A stretch of DNA of 64,000 bases from Candidatus Dormiibacterota bacterium (GTDB lineage Bacteria > Chloroflexota > Dormibacteria > Aeolococcales > Bog-877). A program made the translations under genes and the position numbers. The stretch covers positions 18,613 to 82,612 of the forward strand of contig JBARIA010000119.1 of NCBI GenBank assembly GCA_049799515.1, in the 5' to 3' direction. Shown in pieces: positions 10,299 to 19,258 of this stretch (position 1 is the first letter of the stretch; each line of letters starts with the position of its first letter). Under the pieces are notes generated by a model. The model saw nothing but the letters and a program-made list of their open reading frames with translations. It did no database searches and was not told where the DNA came from.

Positions 10299-10693
10299 CT
10301 CGTCTCCTCCTATCGCCTAGCTATCCCCCGGCCCCGCCGGGCGTCTCCGTCACCAAACTGACTGAGGCAGTCCCGCCCTGGCCCCGCCAATCGCGTCCAC
10401 CCTGACTAACGGTGTATCCCACCAGGCGTTTCGCGGCAGGCTTCCAGAGATTGTTCGCCCGGCGACGTTGATATTTCGCAGCGCAAAGGAATTAGTCGTC
10501 GCCCAGTTCGGATGCTGAAAGTTACTTAGTCAGGCATACATTCGGAAACCGGAAATAGCAGTCTGGCACAATGTCATGTAATTGCAATATTCCCCTAAAA
10601 AATAAGGAGTAATTAACATCCAGCGCTTGCATTGGCGCCTGCCGCTGTGCTAGTTTCCCTAGCGCTGGAGGGGGAAACGATCAGTAGGAGATA

Positions 10694-11374
10694 TTGACCT
10701 TGAAGGATCGAATCGCCACTCAAGAAAGTCAACTGAATAACCCAGCGGGAGCGGCGCCGACGGCTGAGAGGATGGCGTCCCAGATGTTCCTGCGGCACTA
10801 CACCGAAGTTTTCCGCTACGTCAGGGCGCGGGTCGGGACCCAGGCCGAGGCAGAAGACCTCACCAGCGATGTCTTCTGCAAGGCGGTCGCCGGGCTCAAG
10901 AGGTACCGGCCCCTGCGCTCTTCGGCGCTGCCCTGGCTCTATACGATCGCCGCTCACCGAGTGGCGGACCACTACCGAGCGGCCCGGCCGACCAGCGAAC
11001 TGGACCGGGCGGTGCAGGTGGCGGACGGTGGCCCCAACCCGGCAGACGTGGTCACCACCCGGGAGCTGGTGCGTGAGGTCTGGGACCTCTCCAAAAGTCT
11101 GCCTGCCTCCCAGAGACGGGCGCTGTGGCTCCGCTACGGAGAGGAGTTGGAGCTCCGTGAGATTGCTCTGCTGATGGGACGCAGCGTGGAGGCGGTCAAG
11201 CTGCTGGTCCACCGGGCGATCCGGGGAGTCCGAGCCAGCTTGCCCAGCTCGGTTGGCACCCCGGTCTTCGACATCCGCCCGGCCCCCGCCCAGGGCGCCG
11301 GGCGGAGGACCGGGTCAGGGCGCCGGACGGGGCGGTGCCGCTCCACCTTGAAGAATCCGGCGCTGGCCGCCTGA
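10694..11374 (+). CDS. ECF-type sigma-70 family RNA polymerase sigma factor
   Basis: TTG start with AGGAG 5 nt upstream. Region 2 reads FLRHYTEVFRYVRARVG...AEDLTSDVF...LPWLYTIAAHRVADHYR. Region 4 reads LPASQRRALWLRYGEELELREIALLMGRSVEAVKLLVHRAIRGVR. Confidence 0.85.
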   Translation: MTLKDRIATQESQLNNPAGAAPTAERMASQMFLRHYTEVFRYVRARVGTQAEAEDLTSDVFCKAVAGLKRYRPLRSSALPWLYTIAAHRVADHYRAARPTSELDRAVQVADGGPNPADVVTTRELVREVWDLSKSLPASQRRALWLRYGEELELREIALLMGRSVEAVKLLVHRAIRGVRASLPSSVGTPVFDIRPAPAQGAGRRTGSGRRTGRCRSTLKNPALAA

Positions 11375-11599
11375 GGCCGATTCGGGCCAGTTGTCGCTCA
11401 GGCCGGTGCGTATCTCGCCCAGGCTGGCCAGGTCAACCTTCCAGCCCGCTCCCGTACCCGTGGCCCTCAGTGAGGGTGGGTGCACGAACGAGCGCTGTCG
11501 TAGCGCGGAGTTGAGCTCGGCGCGCTCGCTGGGCAACTCGAAGTGGCTCATCACCGAGGCGCAGCCTTGGCCGTCGAGATCGATGTGGGTGTGAGGCAC
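11315..11599 (-). CDS. Hypothetical small protein (uncertain)
   Basis: 94-aa ORF with high third-position GC, downstream of the YceI gene on the same strand. Its 3' end overlaps the sigma-factor 3' end by 60 nt. No motif recognised. Confidence 0.3.
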   Translation of the reverse strand: MPHTHIDLDGQGCASVMSHFELPSERAELNSALRQRSFVHPPSLRATGTGAGWKVDLASLGEIRTGLSDNWPESASGGQRRILQGGAAPPRPAP

Positions 11600-11695
11600 A
11601 CGGACACAGCACGCCGCCGTCTGCTTACCGACTGCGAACGGGCGGCGGCCGTCGGCTGCAACTTATGGGCGCTGGGCGGTGGGTCAGGACCAAAA

Positions 11696-12397
11696 CTACG
11701 AGTGGGACAGCTGGAGTAGGAACTCCATCTTCCCCGTGTTGCCCACCTGGGCCGGACCGCCGCTGGGGTTCTGAATGTTCCAGTTGGCAAACGTGATGGG
11801 GATGGAGCCGCTGACCACAATCCCTGTTCCCTCTCGCTCCGCGCTGATCGTGAAGGTGACTGAGCGGCTCACGCCGTGCATCGACAGGGTACCGGTGGCT
11901 GGCACGGAGATGACTTTGCCTGGCGAGGGAATCGCCCCCAGCTGAATCGGTGAGGTAAGCGTGAAGACGGCATCCGGGTACTGGGACACATCCATGATTC
12001 GGGTACGGAACTGCACGTCGCGCAGCGATTCGTTACTGACTACGGACGCCAGCGGAACGGTGAATTTCGCTGCCGATACGGTGCTTCCCTGGAGATTGAA
12101 CGACCCACTGATGTGCCCGGTCTTTCCGACTGCGATCGCACTCTGCCCGAACAGGATCTCGGCGACCCGGTACTCCACCTGGGAGCCGCTCGCGATCGTG
12201 TAGGTTCCGCTGGCGACGGTGGCTGATGAGCCGGGCGATGTGCCCGGCGAGTGGTGGGATCGGTGGATCGAGAGCGGCGGAGGTGCAGGGCTCTCGATGA
12301 GGTGGAGGAAGACAAACGGTCCGATCACCGTGACACAGAGCACCAGGGCGAGTGCGCCGCCGAGCCACCATCTCCAGTGCTGCCGCATTGTGGTCAC
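11696..12397 (-). CDS. YceI-like domain protein with N-terminal membrane anchor
   Basis: N-terminal TM segment WWLGGALALVLCVTVIGPFVF, followed by a YceI-style beta-barrel sequence (YTIASGSQVEYRV...GTLSMHGVSRSVTFTI...). Confidence 0.7.
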   Translation of the reverse strand: MTTMRQHWRWWLGGALALVLCVTVIGPFVFLHLIESPAPPPLSIHRSHHSPGTSPGSSATVASGTYTIASGSQVEYRVAEILFGQSAIAVGKTGHISGSFNLQGSTVSAAKFTVPLASVVSNESLRDVQFRTRIMDVSQYPDAVFTLTSPIQLGAIPSPGKVISVPATGTLSMHGVSRSVTFTISAEREGTGIVVSGSIPITFANWNIQNPSGGPAQVGNTGKMEFLLQLSHS

Positions 12398-12616
12398 CTC
12401 GAATCCGCTTCCTGAAGGGCTGGCGGGCCCAGCTCTCAGATTCTGCGAACATCACCAGCCGTCGGGCTGCGATGAGTACGCGCAGTTGTAGAGGGTCGAG
12501 CCCGGGTTCGAGGGAGTGTAGAAGGTGCTGGCTGCGGACCTCGTGAACGAATCGGTCCCTGGCAGTGGCTTCCATGTTGGCCAGCGGACACCGTTCAGGT
12601 CCTGGGGAACCCATCA

Positions 12617-13435
12617 GTGACCCCGTCGGCCGCAGCTAGATGGGCGACGGCCCTCGGCGAATGGGCCATTCCAGAGCGGATCCAATCCCTCGCCCCCGAA
12701 CCTCCGTGGGTTCTTCCTCCGGAGATGTTCAAGGTTGAGCATTCCGCTTTGGGGGAAGACCGCCCCTCACTTGAGCTGGCCCGGGCCGCTCTGGCAGCTG
12801 GTGGGTCAGTCCTCGACGTCGGCTGTGGTGGCGGTGCCGCCAGTGTGCCGCTGATCCCCCAGGCCGTTCAGATCACTGGAGTGGACGAGCGGGCGACGAT
12901 GCTCAGCAACTTTGCCGGGGCCTGCGCCCGCGCCGGGGTGGCGCACCGGGAGGTGGAGGGTCGTTGGCCGGATGTCGCCGCCGGGCTGGAGCCGGCGGAG
13001 GTGGTCGTCTGCCACCACGTCGTCTACAACGTGGCCCAGATCGATCCCTTCCTGAGCGCGCTGACCGAGCGCGCCCGGGGTCTGGTGGTGGTGGAGCTGA
13101 CCGAGACTCATCCCACCTCTCCCTTCAATCCGCTCTGGGAGCAGTTCTGGCAGCTGCCCCGGCCCTTGGAGCCGACCGCCGAGCTCTTCTTGGAGGTGGT
13201 CCGGGAGCTGGGGTACGACCCCATCGAGGAGACTTTCGTGCGCCCGCACCGGTCCCAGAGCCTGAGTCGAGGGGAATATGTCGCCTTCGCCAGACGGCGG
13301 CTCTGCCTGACGGCGGACCGAGACCCGGAGATTGAGGCGGCGCTCGGCGAAGACTGGCCGCTGGAGGATCCCCGAGTCGTAACCGTGGCCTGGAAGCCGT
13401 CCCAGGCTCCTGGCGGCGGCCGGTCAGCCCGCTGA
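12617..13435 (+). CDS. Class I SAM-dependent methyltransferase
   Basis: SAM-binding motif I VLDVGCGGGAASVPL, 272 aa. Confidence 0.7.
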   Translation: MTPSAAARWATALGEWAIPERIQSLAPEPPWVLPPEMFKVEHSALGEDRPSLELARAALAAGGSVLDVGCGGGAASVPLIPQAVQITGVDERATMLSNFAGACARAGVAHREVEGRWPDVAAGLEPAEVVVCHHVVYNVAQIDPFLSALTERARGLVVVELTETHPTSPFNPLWEQFWQLPRPLEPTAELFLEVVRELGYDPIEETFVRPHRSQSLSRGEYVAFARRRLCLTADRDPEIEAALGEDWPLEDPRVVTVAWKPSQAPGGGRSAR

Positions 13436-13915
13436 GGGTGGTGGCTCGGGCGAGGTGGCAGTGGCGCGGAAGAGGGCCCAGGCGAAGCAGAAGAGAGCGA
13501 TCGCCAAGAACACGGCCATATACATCGAGTTGGCATTCGCGCCGTAGTTGAGGAATGCAGCCCCGTTGAATGCTGCGGCCAGCACCGCTACCGCGCCCAC
13601 GACCGCGGCCGTCCGGATCCTGGGCTGGGAAACGGCGAAGGCCGCCAGGGCAAAGCCGATGGAGCCCAGCACCAGCACAATCCCCAGTCCCGCATGGAGG
13701 GCCAGGTACCCACCGTGGGAGATCCCCCAGATCACGCTCTGGAAGGCTCGGACCAAGAAGTCGCTACCCGAGGCGCCCGGATGATGCCGGGAGATCGACA
13801 CAAAGAGGTTGAGCTCCATCCCAAGCAGGTACTGAAGGAGGCAGAGCACGATCAGCAAGAGGGACAGGCGACGGATCTCGACGGGGCCATTCTGACCGCG
13901 ACCGCGCTTGGCCAC
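13424..13915 (-). CDS. Hypothetical integral membrane protein (about 4 TM segments)
   Basis: 163-aa hydrophobic ORF, divergent from the MarR gene. No family recognised. Confidence 0.55.
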   Translation of the reverse strand: MAKRGRGQNGPVEIRRLSLLLIVLCLLQYLLGMELNLFVSISRHHPGASGSDFLVRAFQSVIWGISHGGYLALHAGLGIVLVLGSIGFALAAFAVSQPRIRTAAVVGAVAVLAAAFNGAAFLNYGANANSMYMAVFLAIALFCFAWALFRATATSPEPPPSAG

Positions 13916-13977
13916 GCTCTATAATTGCCTTATCAGCATAGTATCTTGGTTAGAAAGGTACGGGAGGTCCGTCCGGG

Positions 13978-14424
13978 TTGTCAAGCAGGCAGGAGCTTCT
14001 CCAATTGGTGGATTCTCGGCTCCGGCGGGCCACCACCGCGATCGACGGTCTAGACCACCGGGCGGCCCTCATATTCGGGGTCAACCGGACCGACCTTCGC
14101 CTGCTGATCCTCCTGGTCGGCCAGGGGCCGCTCACCGCCGGTGCTCTGGCCCGGGCGGTGGGTATCAGCACTGGTGGGATGACCATCGCCCTTGATCGGC
14201 TGGAACAAGCTGGGTATGTCAGACGAGAGCCCAATGCGAAGGACCGGCGCAGTGTGGTGGTTCGGGTGACGGACAGAATTGCAGCTCCCTCCCGCCAGGC
14301 ATTCGGCCCGCTCCAAAGGAGGTTGACCACCGTGCTGCGGGCCTACCAGCCAGAGCAGCTGGAGTTGCTGGCAGAGCTCCTGGACAGCTGGGTCGACGCC
14401 GTGGAAGAGGCACTCCGAAGCTAG
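13978..14424 (+). CDS. MarR family transcriptional regulator
   Basis: 148 aa with a winged-HTH region, LLILLVGQGPLTAGALARAVGISTGGMTIALDRLEQAGYVRREPNAKDRR. A TATAAT sits in the short AT-richer divergent spacer. Confidence 0.8.
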   Translation: MSSRQELLQLVDSRLRRATTAIDGLDHRAALIFGVNRTDLRLLILLVGQGPLTAGALARAVGISTGGMTIALDRLEQAGYVRREPNAKDRRSVVVRVTDRIAAPSRQAFGPLQRRLTTVLRAYQPEQLELLAELLDSWVDAVEEALRS

Positions 14425-14525
14425 ATTGGGAGCTGGGAGAGGGAACTAACGACCCCACCCTCGGCAGGGCCAGGGAACCAATCGGAGCAACCCGGCGTCT
14501 CTCATTCCGACATGGAAGTCCAACT

Positions 14526-16316
14526 GTGACCCGGCGCCCCGCCCAGCGACGGGCATCCCGGCCCCTGACCCGGAGCGGTCTGCATCGGCTCCTGATCGCT
14601 GCCGCGGCGGTCGGGAGCGCGCTCTCAGCCTCAGTCCTGGGTGGGAGTCTCGTCTCACTGGCGGCGAACTCGACCGGCTACCAGATCCTAGTCGCGGATG
14701 GGGCCTCGGGCACCATATACGTCACCGACCCCAGCAGCGGATTCGTGACCCCGGTTGCTGCCCCCACCTCAGGCGGAATCCAGAGCCTGGCCATCAACCC
14801 CAACGGTTCGGTCGTCTACGTCGCCTTCAAGAACGGCAGCATCGGCACCCTGGCCACCCCATCCGACGTCTATCTCGGTGCGCCTCTCGATCTCGGATCG
14901 ACCAGCGCGCCCCTGGCGATGGTGGTCACCCCGAACGGACAGGACCTCTACGTCGCCGAGTCAGGGTCGGGCCAGGTGGTTGAGATATCAACCGACAACG
15001 GCCTTCTCACCGGTCCAGTGGTCGGATCACCGATCGCAACTGGACCCGTGTCGAATCTGGCGATCTCCCCTGATGGCAGCTCGCTGTTCGTCGACGGGGG
15101 AAGCCAGGGCACCTCCGTCAGCGTCATCGACACGGCCACCAATACCGTGACTGGAAGCCCGATCCCGGTCGCGGCCCCGGGAGCCATGGCGATGGCTGCG
15201 GACGGGAGCCAGCTTTACGTGCTGACCAGCTCCGCCTCCGGCCCGGCGGTAGTGGAGATCGACCCAAGCACCGACTCCGTGGTGGGCACGCCGATCGCTC
15301 TTCCCGCGAGCAGCCAACCGGAAGGGCTGGCACTGAGTACAGACGGCAGTGAACTGTATGTATCCGACGGCCGTGGCCAGCAGGTGGACAGCATCGCCAC
15401 CGCCACCGCCTCCCTCAATTCCGCAGCCATCTCACTGCCCCAAGGGCTCAGCCCGCGCGATATCGCAATCACTCCTGACGGCGCGACCGCCTACGTGGAT
15501 GGCACCAGCGTGAGTGGGACCAGCGAAGTCGTCGCGGTAGATCTCGCCACCGGCAGTGCTGGCTCCCCGGTGAGCCTGGTCGGGGGGACGCAGCCGGCGG
15601 GATTGGTGGTCGTGCCACTGGCAGCCACCACCAGCCCAACTCCCACCCCTTCGCCAACCCCCACTCCTAGCTGCACACCGACTGGAATCGGCCCGGTCGG
15701 TGTGGGGCCCGATCAGACCTCGGTCGGAGGCCATCTGAACGTCGTGGCCCCCGCCAGTGGTGGTGCCCCTGCCACAACTTCGTCGTCAAGTCCGTCCCCC
15801 AGGGGTTCGAGCACCGCGGTTCAGTCCGTCCCGGCGATCTCCCCTCTGCCCGAGATCTCACCAAGTCCCAGCACCACCCCGTCCGGGTGCGCCTGTGACC
15901 CGACTGGAATCGGCCCGGTGATTGTCGGGCCAGACCAGACCCCAGCCTCCAGCAGTCCTCCCGAACAGTCCTCCTCCACAAGCGGTGGTGCCCCCGCTCC
16001 ATCTCCCGCGGCAGGCTCTTCACAGGCGGCTCCGAGCAGCAACGAGCAGACGGTGCCGCTGCCCTCCCCCTCGCCGGAGAGTTCACCCAGCTCCAGCTCC
16101 AGCACCAGCCCGGTCCTCTGCTTTGGCGCGGCGGCCGTGCCCGGCGCAGTCCACGCTGAAGCGGCTCTGACCGCGGGGACTGCCGCTGCGCTTTCGGGGG
16201 GTGCGTACCTGCGACTGGCACTGGTGATTCTGGTGCTGGCCGGAGGGGCGGCGGTGGCAGTCAGGCGCTTCGGGCTGAGGCTCCCTCCTCGCCTCCGGAA
16301 CCGGAAGACCGGCTGA
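14526..16316 (+). CDS. Secreted/surface YVTN-type beta-propeller repeat protein with Pro/Ser/Thr-rich stalk and C-terminal membrane anchor
   Basis: N-terminal signal-like segment. About seven repeats of the YVTN style (..LYVAESGSGQVVEI.., ..LFVDGG..VSVIDTATNTV.., ..LYVLTS..VVEIDPSTDSV.., ..LYVSDG.., ..AYVDG..). These are followed by a PT/PS-rich region, a hydrophobic helix and a basic tail. Confidence 0.75.
   Translation: MTRRPAQRRASRPLTRSGLHRLLIAAAAVGSALSASVLGGSLVSLAANSTGYQILVADGASGTIYVTDPSSGFVTPVAAPTSGGIQSLAINPNGSVVYVAFKNGSIGTLATPSDVYLGAPLDLGSTSAPLAMVVTPNGQDLYVAESGSGQVVEISTDNGLLTGPVVGSPIATGPVSNLAISPDGSSLFVDGGSQGTSVSVIDTATNTVTGSPIPVAAPGAMAMAADGSQLYVLTSSASGPAVVEIDPSTDSVVGTPIALPASSQPEGLALSTDGSELYVSDGRGQQVDSIATATASLNSAAISLPQGLSPRDIAITPDGATAYVDGTSVSGTSEVVAVDLATGSAGSPVSLVGGTQPAGLVVVPLAATTSPTPTPSPTPTPSCTPTGIGPVGVGPDQTSVGGHLNVVAPASGGAPATTSSSSPSPRGSSTAVQSVPAISPLPEISPSPSTTPSGCACDPTGIGPVIVGPDQTPASSSPPEQSSSTSGGAPAPSPAAGSSQAAPSSNEQTVPLPSPSPESSPSSSSSTSPVLCFGAAAVPGAVHAEAALTAGTAAALSGGAYLRLALVILVLAGGAAVAVRRFGLRLPPRLRNRKTG
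15678..15697 (+). repeat. Direct repeat copy 1 (CCGACTGGAATCGGCCCGGT) inside the propeller-protein stalk
   Basis: An identical 20-mer recurs at 15900-15919. The flanks are also similar, and the repeats encode C(T/D)PTGIGPV(G/I)VGPDQT. Confidence 0.9.
15900..15919 (+). repeat. Direct repeat copy 2 (CCGACTGGAATCGGCCCGGT)
   Basis: Exact match to 15678-15697, 222 nt downstream and in the same reading frame. Confidence 0.9.
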
Positions 16317-16531
16317 CACCCGGCTGTAGGGCTGACCGCGGAAGTTCGTCAACCAGTCCCTGACAAAGTGCAGGGTCAGCCCGGTCGTCCGGGGACGGGG
16401 TCATTCACTTTCTGGGGATCTCGATCAGCGACTCGAGCTCACTCTGCTCCGGGTCGGGAAGTTCGATTGGGGCAACGTCCTGCTGGTCCACCACACTCCG
16501 GCAGGGTCAGTCTGACCCGAATTCGCCAAGC

Positions 16532-17449
16532 TCAGACGGGATCGGGTGATTCGGCCCCGCTGGGCTCTGGCTTACGAAGAGTGGGAGCCAGAACGAAGTG
16601 GTAGGAGATGCTCGCCCAAGGCCCGTCAACCTGGTGACCGAGTGGCGGGTCACCCTCACGGTGCTCCTGGATGTCGACAACCAGGGATTCCTTGACGCCG
16701 AAGACGGCATCGTCTTCCAGATAACGGTCGCCGGCCGCGAAAAGGTGGGTCACCAGGGTGCGCCAGCCTGGCGCGGAGATCATGAAGTGGAGGTGGGCTG
16801 GCCTCATTGGCCCGCGACCGGCTGAGCGCAGCAGCTCGCCGACCGGACCGTCGGTGGGGATGGGATAGGCGGTTGGACGGATGGCCCAGAAGGAGAAGCT
16901 GCCGCTCTCATCGGCGAAGAGATGGCCTCGGTTGGCGGTCACTTGTGCCTCGTGCTGCACGTCGTAGAGCCCATCCTCGTCAGCCCCCCACACCTCCACG
17001 CGCGCACCGCCGACCAGCTCCCCGTCTATGCCACGAACCGTGCCTTCGACGAAACAGGGCTGCCCTGGAGCACCCTGCGCGATGTCGCCGCCCAGCTCGA
17101 TTTGCGGTGATTGGGAAAGAAAGAAGGGACCAAAGACGGTTGACTCGGTGACAGTTCGTTCAGCAGTTTCGTTGACGCCGATGATCATCATGGAAGCGCC
17201 CAAGACATCCGAAAGCAGGATGAATTCCTGACGGTGTTGGTCGGTGATGTGGCCGGTCCTGGTGAGAAACTCGATTCCTCGGCGCCACTCGTCATCGGTT
17301 AACCTGACCTCGCGGATGAACGCGTGAAGGTGACGCACTAGGCTCTCCATCACCGCCCGGTGTCGGGGCGACGCAGTGTTGGCGAAACTCCTGAGCACCG
17401 AGTCGGTGAGCGCCTGCTCGCGGATATTGCGGAGTGAGTTGTCGTCCAT
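16532..17449 (-). CDS. Intradiol ring-cleavage dioxygenase (hydroxyquinol / catechol 1,2-dioxygenase family)
   Basis: The ORF track gives 16532..17707. I trim the start to ATG 17449 (MDDNSLRNIRE...), which removes the overlap with the upstream gene. Family-typical segments are LTDDEWRRGIEFLTRTGH, FILLSDVLG, GPFF and MRPAHLHFMISAPGWRTLVTHLF. Confidence 0.8.
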   Translation of the reverse strand: MDDNSLRNIREQALTDSVLRSFANTASPRHRAVMESLVRHLHAFIREVRLTDDEWRRGIEFLTRTGHITDQHRQEFILLSDVLGASMMIIGVNETAERTVTESTVFGPFFLSQSPQIELGGDIAQGAPGQPCFVEGTVRGIDGELVGGARVEVWGADEDGLYDVQHEAQVTANRGHLFADESGSFSFWAIRPTAYPIPTDGPVGELLRSAGRGPMRPAHLHFMISAPGWRTLVTHLFAAGDRYLEDDAVFGVKESLVVDIQEHREGDPPLGHQVDGPWASISYHFVLAPTLRKPEPSGAESPDPV

Positions 17450-17544
17450 TGGAGTGTCAGAGTCCGACAATACGACTATCCCCTTTCGGGTCACATTCCT
17501 CCCGGGTCCATGCGGGTTCGCCAAGGAATCGCGAGTCGATCGTC

Positions 17545-19146
17545 CTACCCGAGAAGATCCGCCAACAGTGAGGTCGGCGGGCTTCCGTGGGCCAACACCT
17601 GGTCGTAAGAGGTGATCGGAGCCAGCTGCTCGAAGAGCTCCTGAAGCTCGGTGTAGCCGACGAAGTAGGTGGAGAGTTGGGCTGAGCTGAGACAGGCCCG
17701 ACGCCATTTGCCCTGAGCCTCGGCTGGTTCCTGGAAGCCGCGGTCGATCATCATCGCCAGGGCCTCCTGCTCACTCATGTCCCCGGCGTGGACGGCGGCG
17801 TCGAGGATGGCGTTCATAGTGCAGCGAATGTGGACCTTGATCTGTTGCAGGCGAACCGGCAGCCCGCCCAGCCCCAGCTCGGCCACGATCCGCTCCGCAT
17901 GGCAGGCCCAACCCTCGCAGAAGGGCCCATTGGCAATGGCGGCTCTGACCTTGGTCGGTCCCTGGAACCTACGCGACACCGCCAGCTGGAGAACGTGTCC
18001 GGGCATCGCCTCGTGGGCCATCAGCATCACCAGCATCGCCGAGTTGATCTCGCGGTAGAAAGACTGCACCCGCTCGCTGGGCCACTCGTCGGGGGTGGGG
18101 GCGATCATGACCTGGGAATGGGCTCCCTCCTCGAAGGGCCCGGCCGGCATGCAGAACGCAGAAGCCATCCCGCGCATGAACTCGGGGACGACCGCCAGGT
18201 CGTAGGGGTCCTGGGGAACGGTGAAGAGCCCCGAAGACTCAACCGCCGTGGTCAGCTGGTCGAGCGCGATCCGAGCCTCGCCCAGGACGGTGTCGTTGGT
18301 CGGTCGGAGCTCGGCCACCTGGTCGAGGGCCCGGCGGATCACCTCCTGCTGAGATCCCCCACCCCCGACCAGCGCGCTGGCCGCCTCGGCCAGCTCCTCA
18401 GTGAGCTCCTCCAGCCGGGCGTTGGCACGCCGGAGCACCTCCTCAGGGTCCAGCGGGGAGTGCAGGGCGAGCCGTAGCTTCTTGGCGAAGCGGGTCTCCC
18501 CGAGCCGGAAGTTCCCCTGGGCCGACTCCAGGGACTCCTCCAGGTGGGCGCCGAACTTGCGCCACGCGGTGAGCGCTCGCTGCTGAGCCGTGGCGACCCT
18601 CCCCCGCAGATTGGGGTCGGTAACCTCTGCCACCAGGCGATCCACCTCCACCTGGATCAGATGGACCACCCCCGGGTGCTGCTGAAGGGCGGTCTCGACG
18701 TGGACGTGGGGAGGGTCGTCGAGTTGGCGAATCGCCAGCTCGACCACTTCTGGAATCGCCTCCAGGCGTCCGCAGACCCCGAGGAGACGGGTCTGGGCCA
18801 GCTGGGTCTCTTGAACCAGCAGCGAGAAGAGACCGTCGCCCGGGTTGTAGACCAGGGGATTCCAGCTCGGAGCTCTGATCTCCTCCTCGAGGAAGATCTC
18901 CAGCTCCAACTGATTCGCCAGCACGGCAGCGTCCACTTGGCTCTCGGGGTCCAGCTGGGTCCGGTCGACACTCTCGAGCTCTCGCTGACGCGCCCGAAGC
19001 CGGCGGACGGCGGTTTCGGAAGAGGCCAGGCCGCGGTCCGAGACCCGATCGTCAAACCGATGGTCGCCCAGCGAGGTGGCCTCCTCGGGGGTGCGTTCCA
19101 GGAGGTCGTCGACCGTGTCGTCAGCGATGGTGGGGAAGCCGGGCAT
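17545..19146 (-). CDS. DUF885 family protein (metallopeptidase-like)
   Basis: 533 aa. The HEAMPGHVLQ motif and overall length fit my recollection of DUF885. Confidence 0.65.
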   Translation of the reverse strand: MPGFPTIADDTVDDLLERTPEEATSLGDHRFDDRVSDRGLASSETAVRRLRARQRELESVDRTQLDPESQVDAAVLANQLELEIFLEEEIRAPSWNPLVYNPGDGLFSLLVQETQLAQTRLLGVCGRLEAIPEVVELAIRQLDDPPHVHVETALQQHPGVVHLIQVEVDRLVAEVTDPNLRGRVATAQQRALTAWRKFGAHLEESLESAQGNFRLGETRFAKKLRLALHSPLDPEEVLRRANARLEELTEELAEAASALVGGGGSQQEVIRRALDQVAELRPTNDTVLGEARIALDQLTTAVESSGLFTVPQDPYDLAVVPEFMRGMASAFCMPAGPFEEGAHSQVMIAPTPDEWPSERVQSFYREINSAMLVMLMAHEAMPGHVLQLAVSRRFQGPTKVRAAIANGPFCEGWACHAERIVAELGLGGLPVRLQQIKVHIRCTMNAILDAAVHAGDMSEQEALAMMIDRGFQEPAEAQGKWRRACLSSAQLSTYFVGYTELQELFEQLAPITSYDQVLAHGSPPTSLLADLLG

Positions 19147-19258
19147 GGCCGATTGAGTATCCCATCCGGAGTCATCCCCGGGATGTCGCCCTCAAGGCTC
19201 GTACCATCGTGACCGGGACGTGCCTGGTCGACTGGATGAGGTTTGGGGGAGATCTGAA

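Noticed and set aside
12398-12614. Possible small gene (MGSPGPERCPLANMEATARDRFVHEV...) upstream of the YceI gene, or a frameshifted N-terminal domain of it
   Set aside because: The frame stays open only by running 360 nt through the YceI gene in another frame. Its start would sit 2 nt from the divergent methyltransferase start, leaving no promoter space. No motif was recognised. I treat the region as the divergent promoter spacer, and a frameshift cannot be excluded without read data.
15600-16100. Repetitive DNA that might be mistaken for a CRISPR or tandem-repeat array
   Set aside because: The repeats are in frame inside a long ORF and encode Pro/Ser/Thr-rich linker sequence. There are only two exact 20-mers, with no regular repeat-spacer periodicity and no cas genes.
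16130-16316. Sortase (LPXTG/LAXTG) sorting signal at the C-terminus of the propeller protein
   Set aside because: A hydrophobic helix plus basic tail is present, but the nearest motif is ALTAGT, which does not fit LPXTG or LAXTG. I call it only a C-terminal membrane anchor.
17450-17707. 86-codon N-terminal extension of the intradiol dioxygenase ORF, and similar 5' extensions of leuC, comA, lrp, the amidotransferase, ilvD, the aminotransferase and aspartate kinase
   Set aside because: The extensions overlap the 3' end of the upstream gene and are Arg/Pro/Ser-rich. They precede an internal ATG/GTG that restores the family-typical N-terminus and, in most cases, creates a canonical 1-, 4- or 8-nt stop/start overlap.
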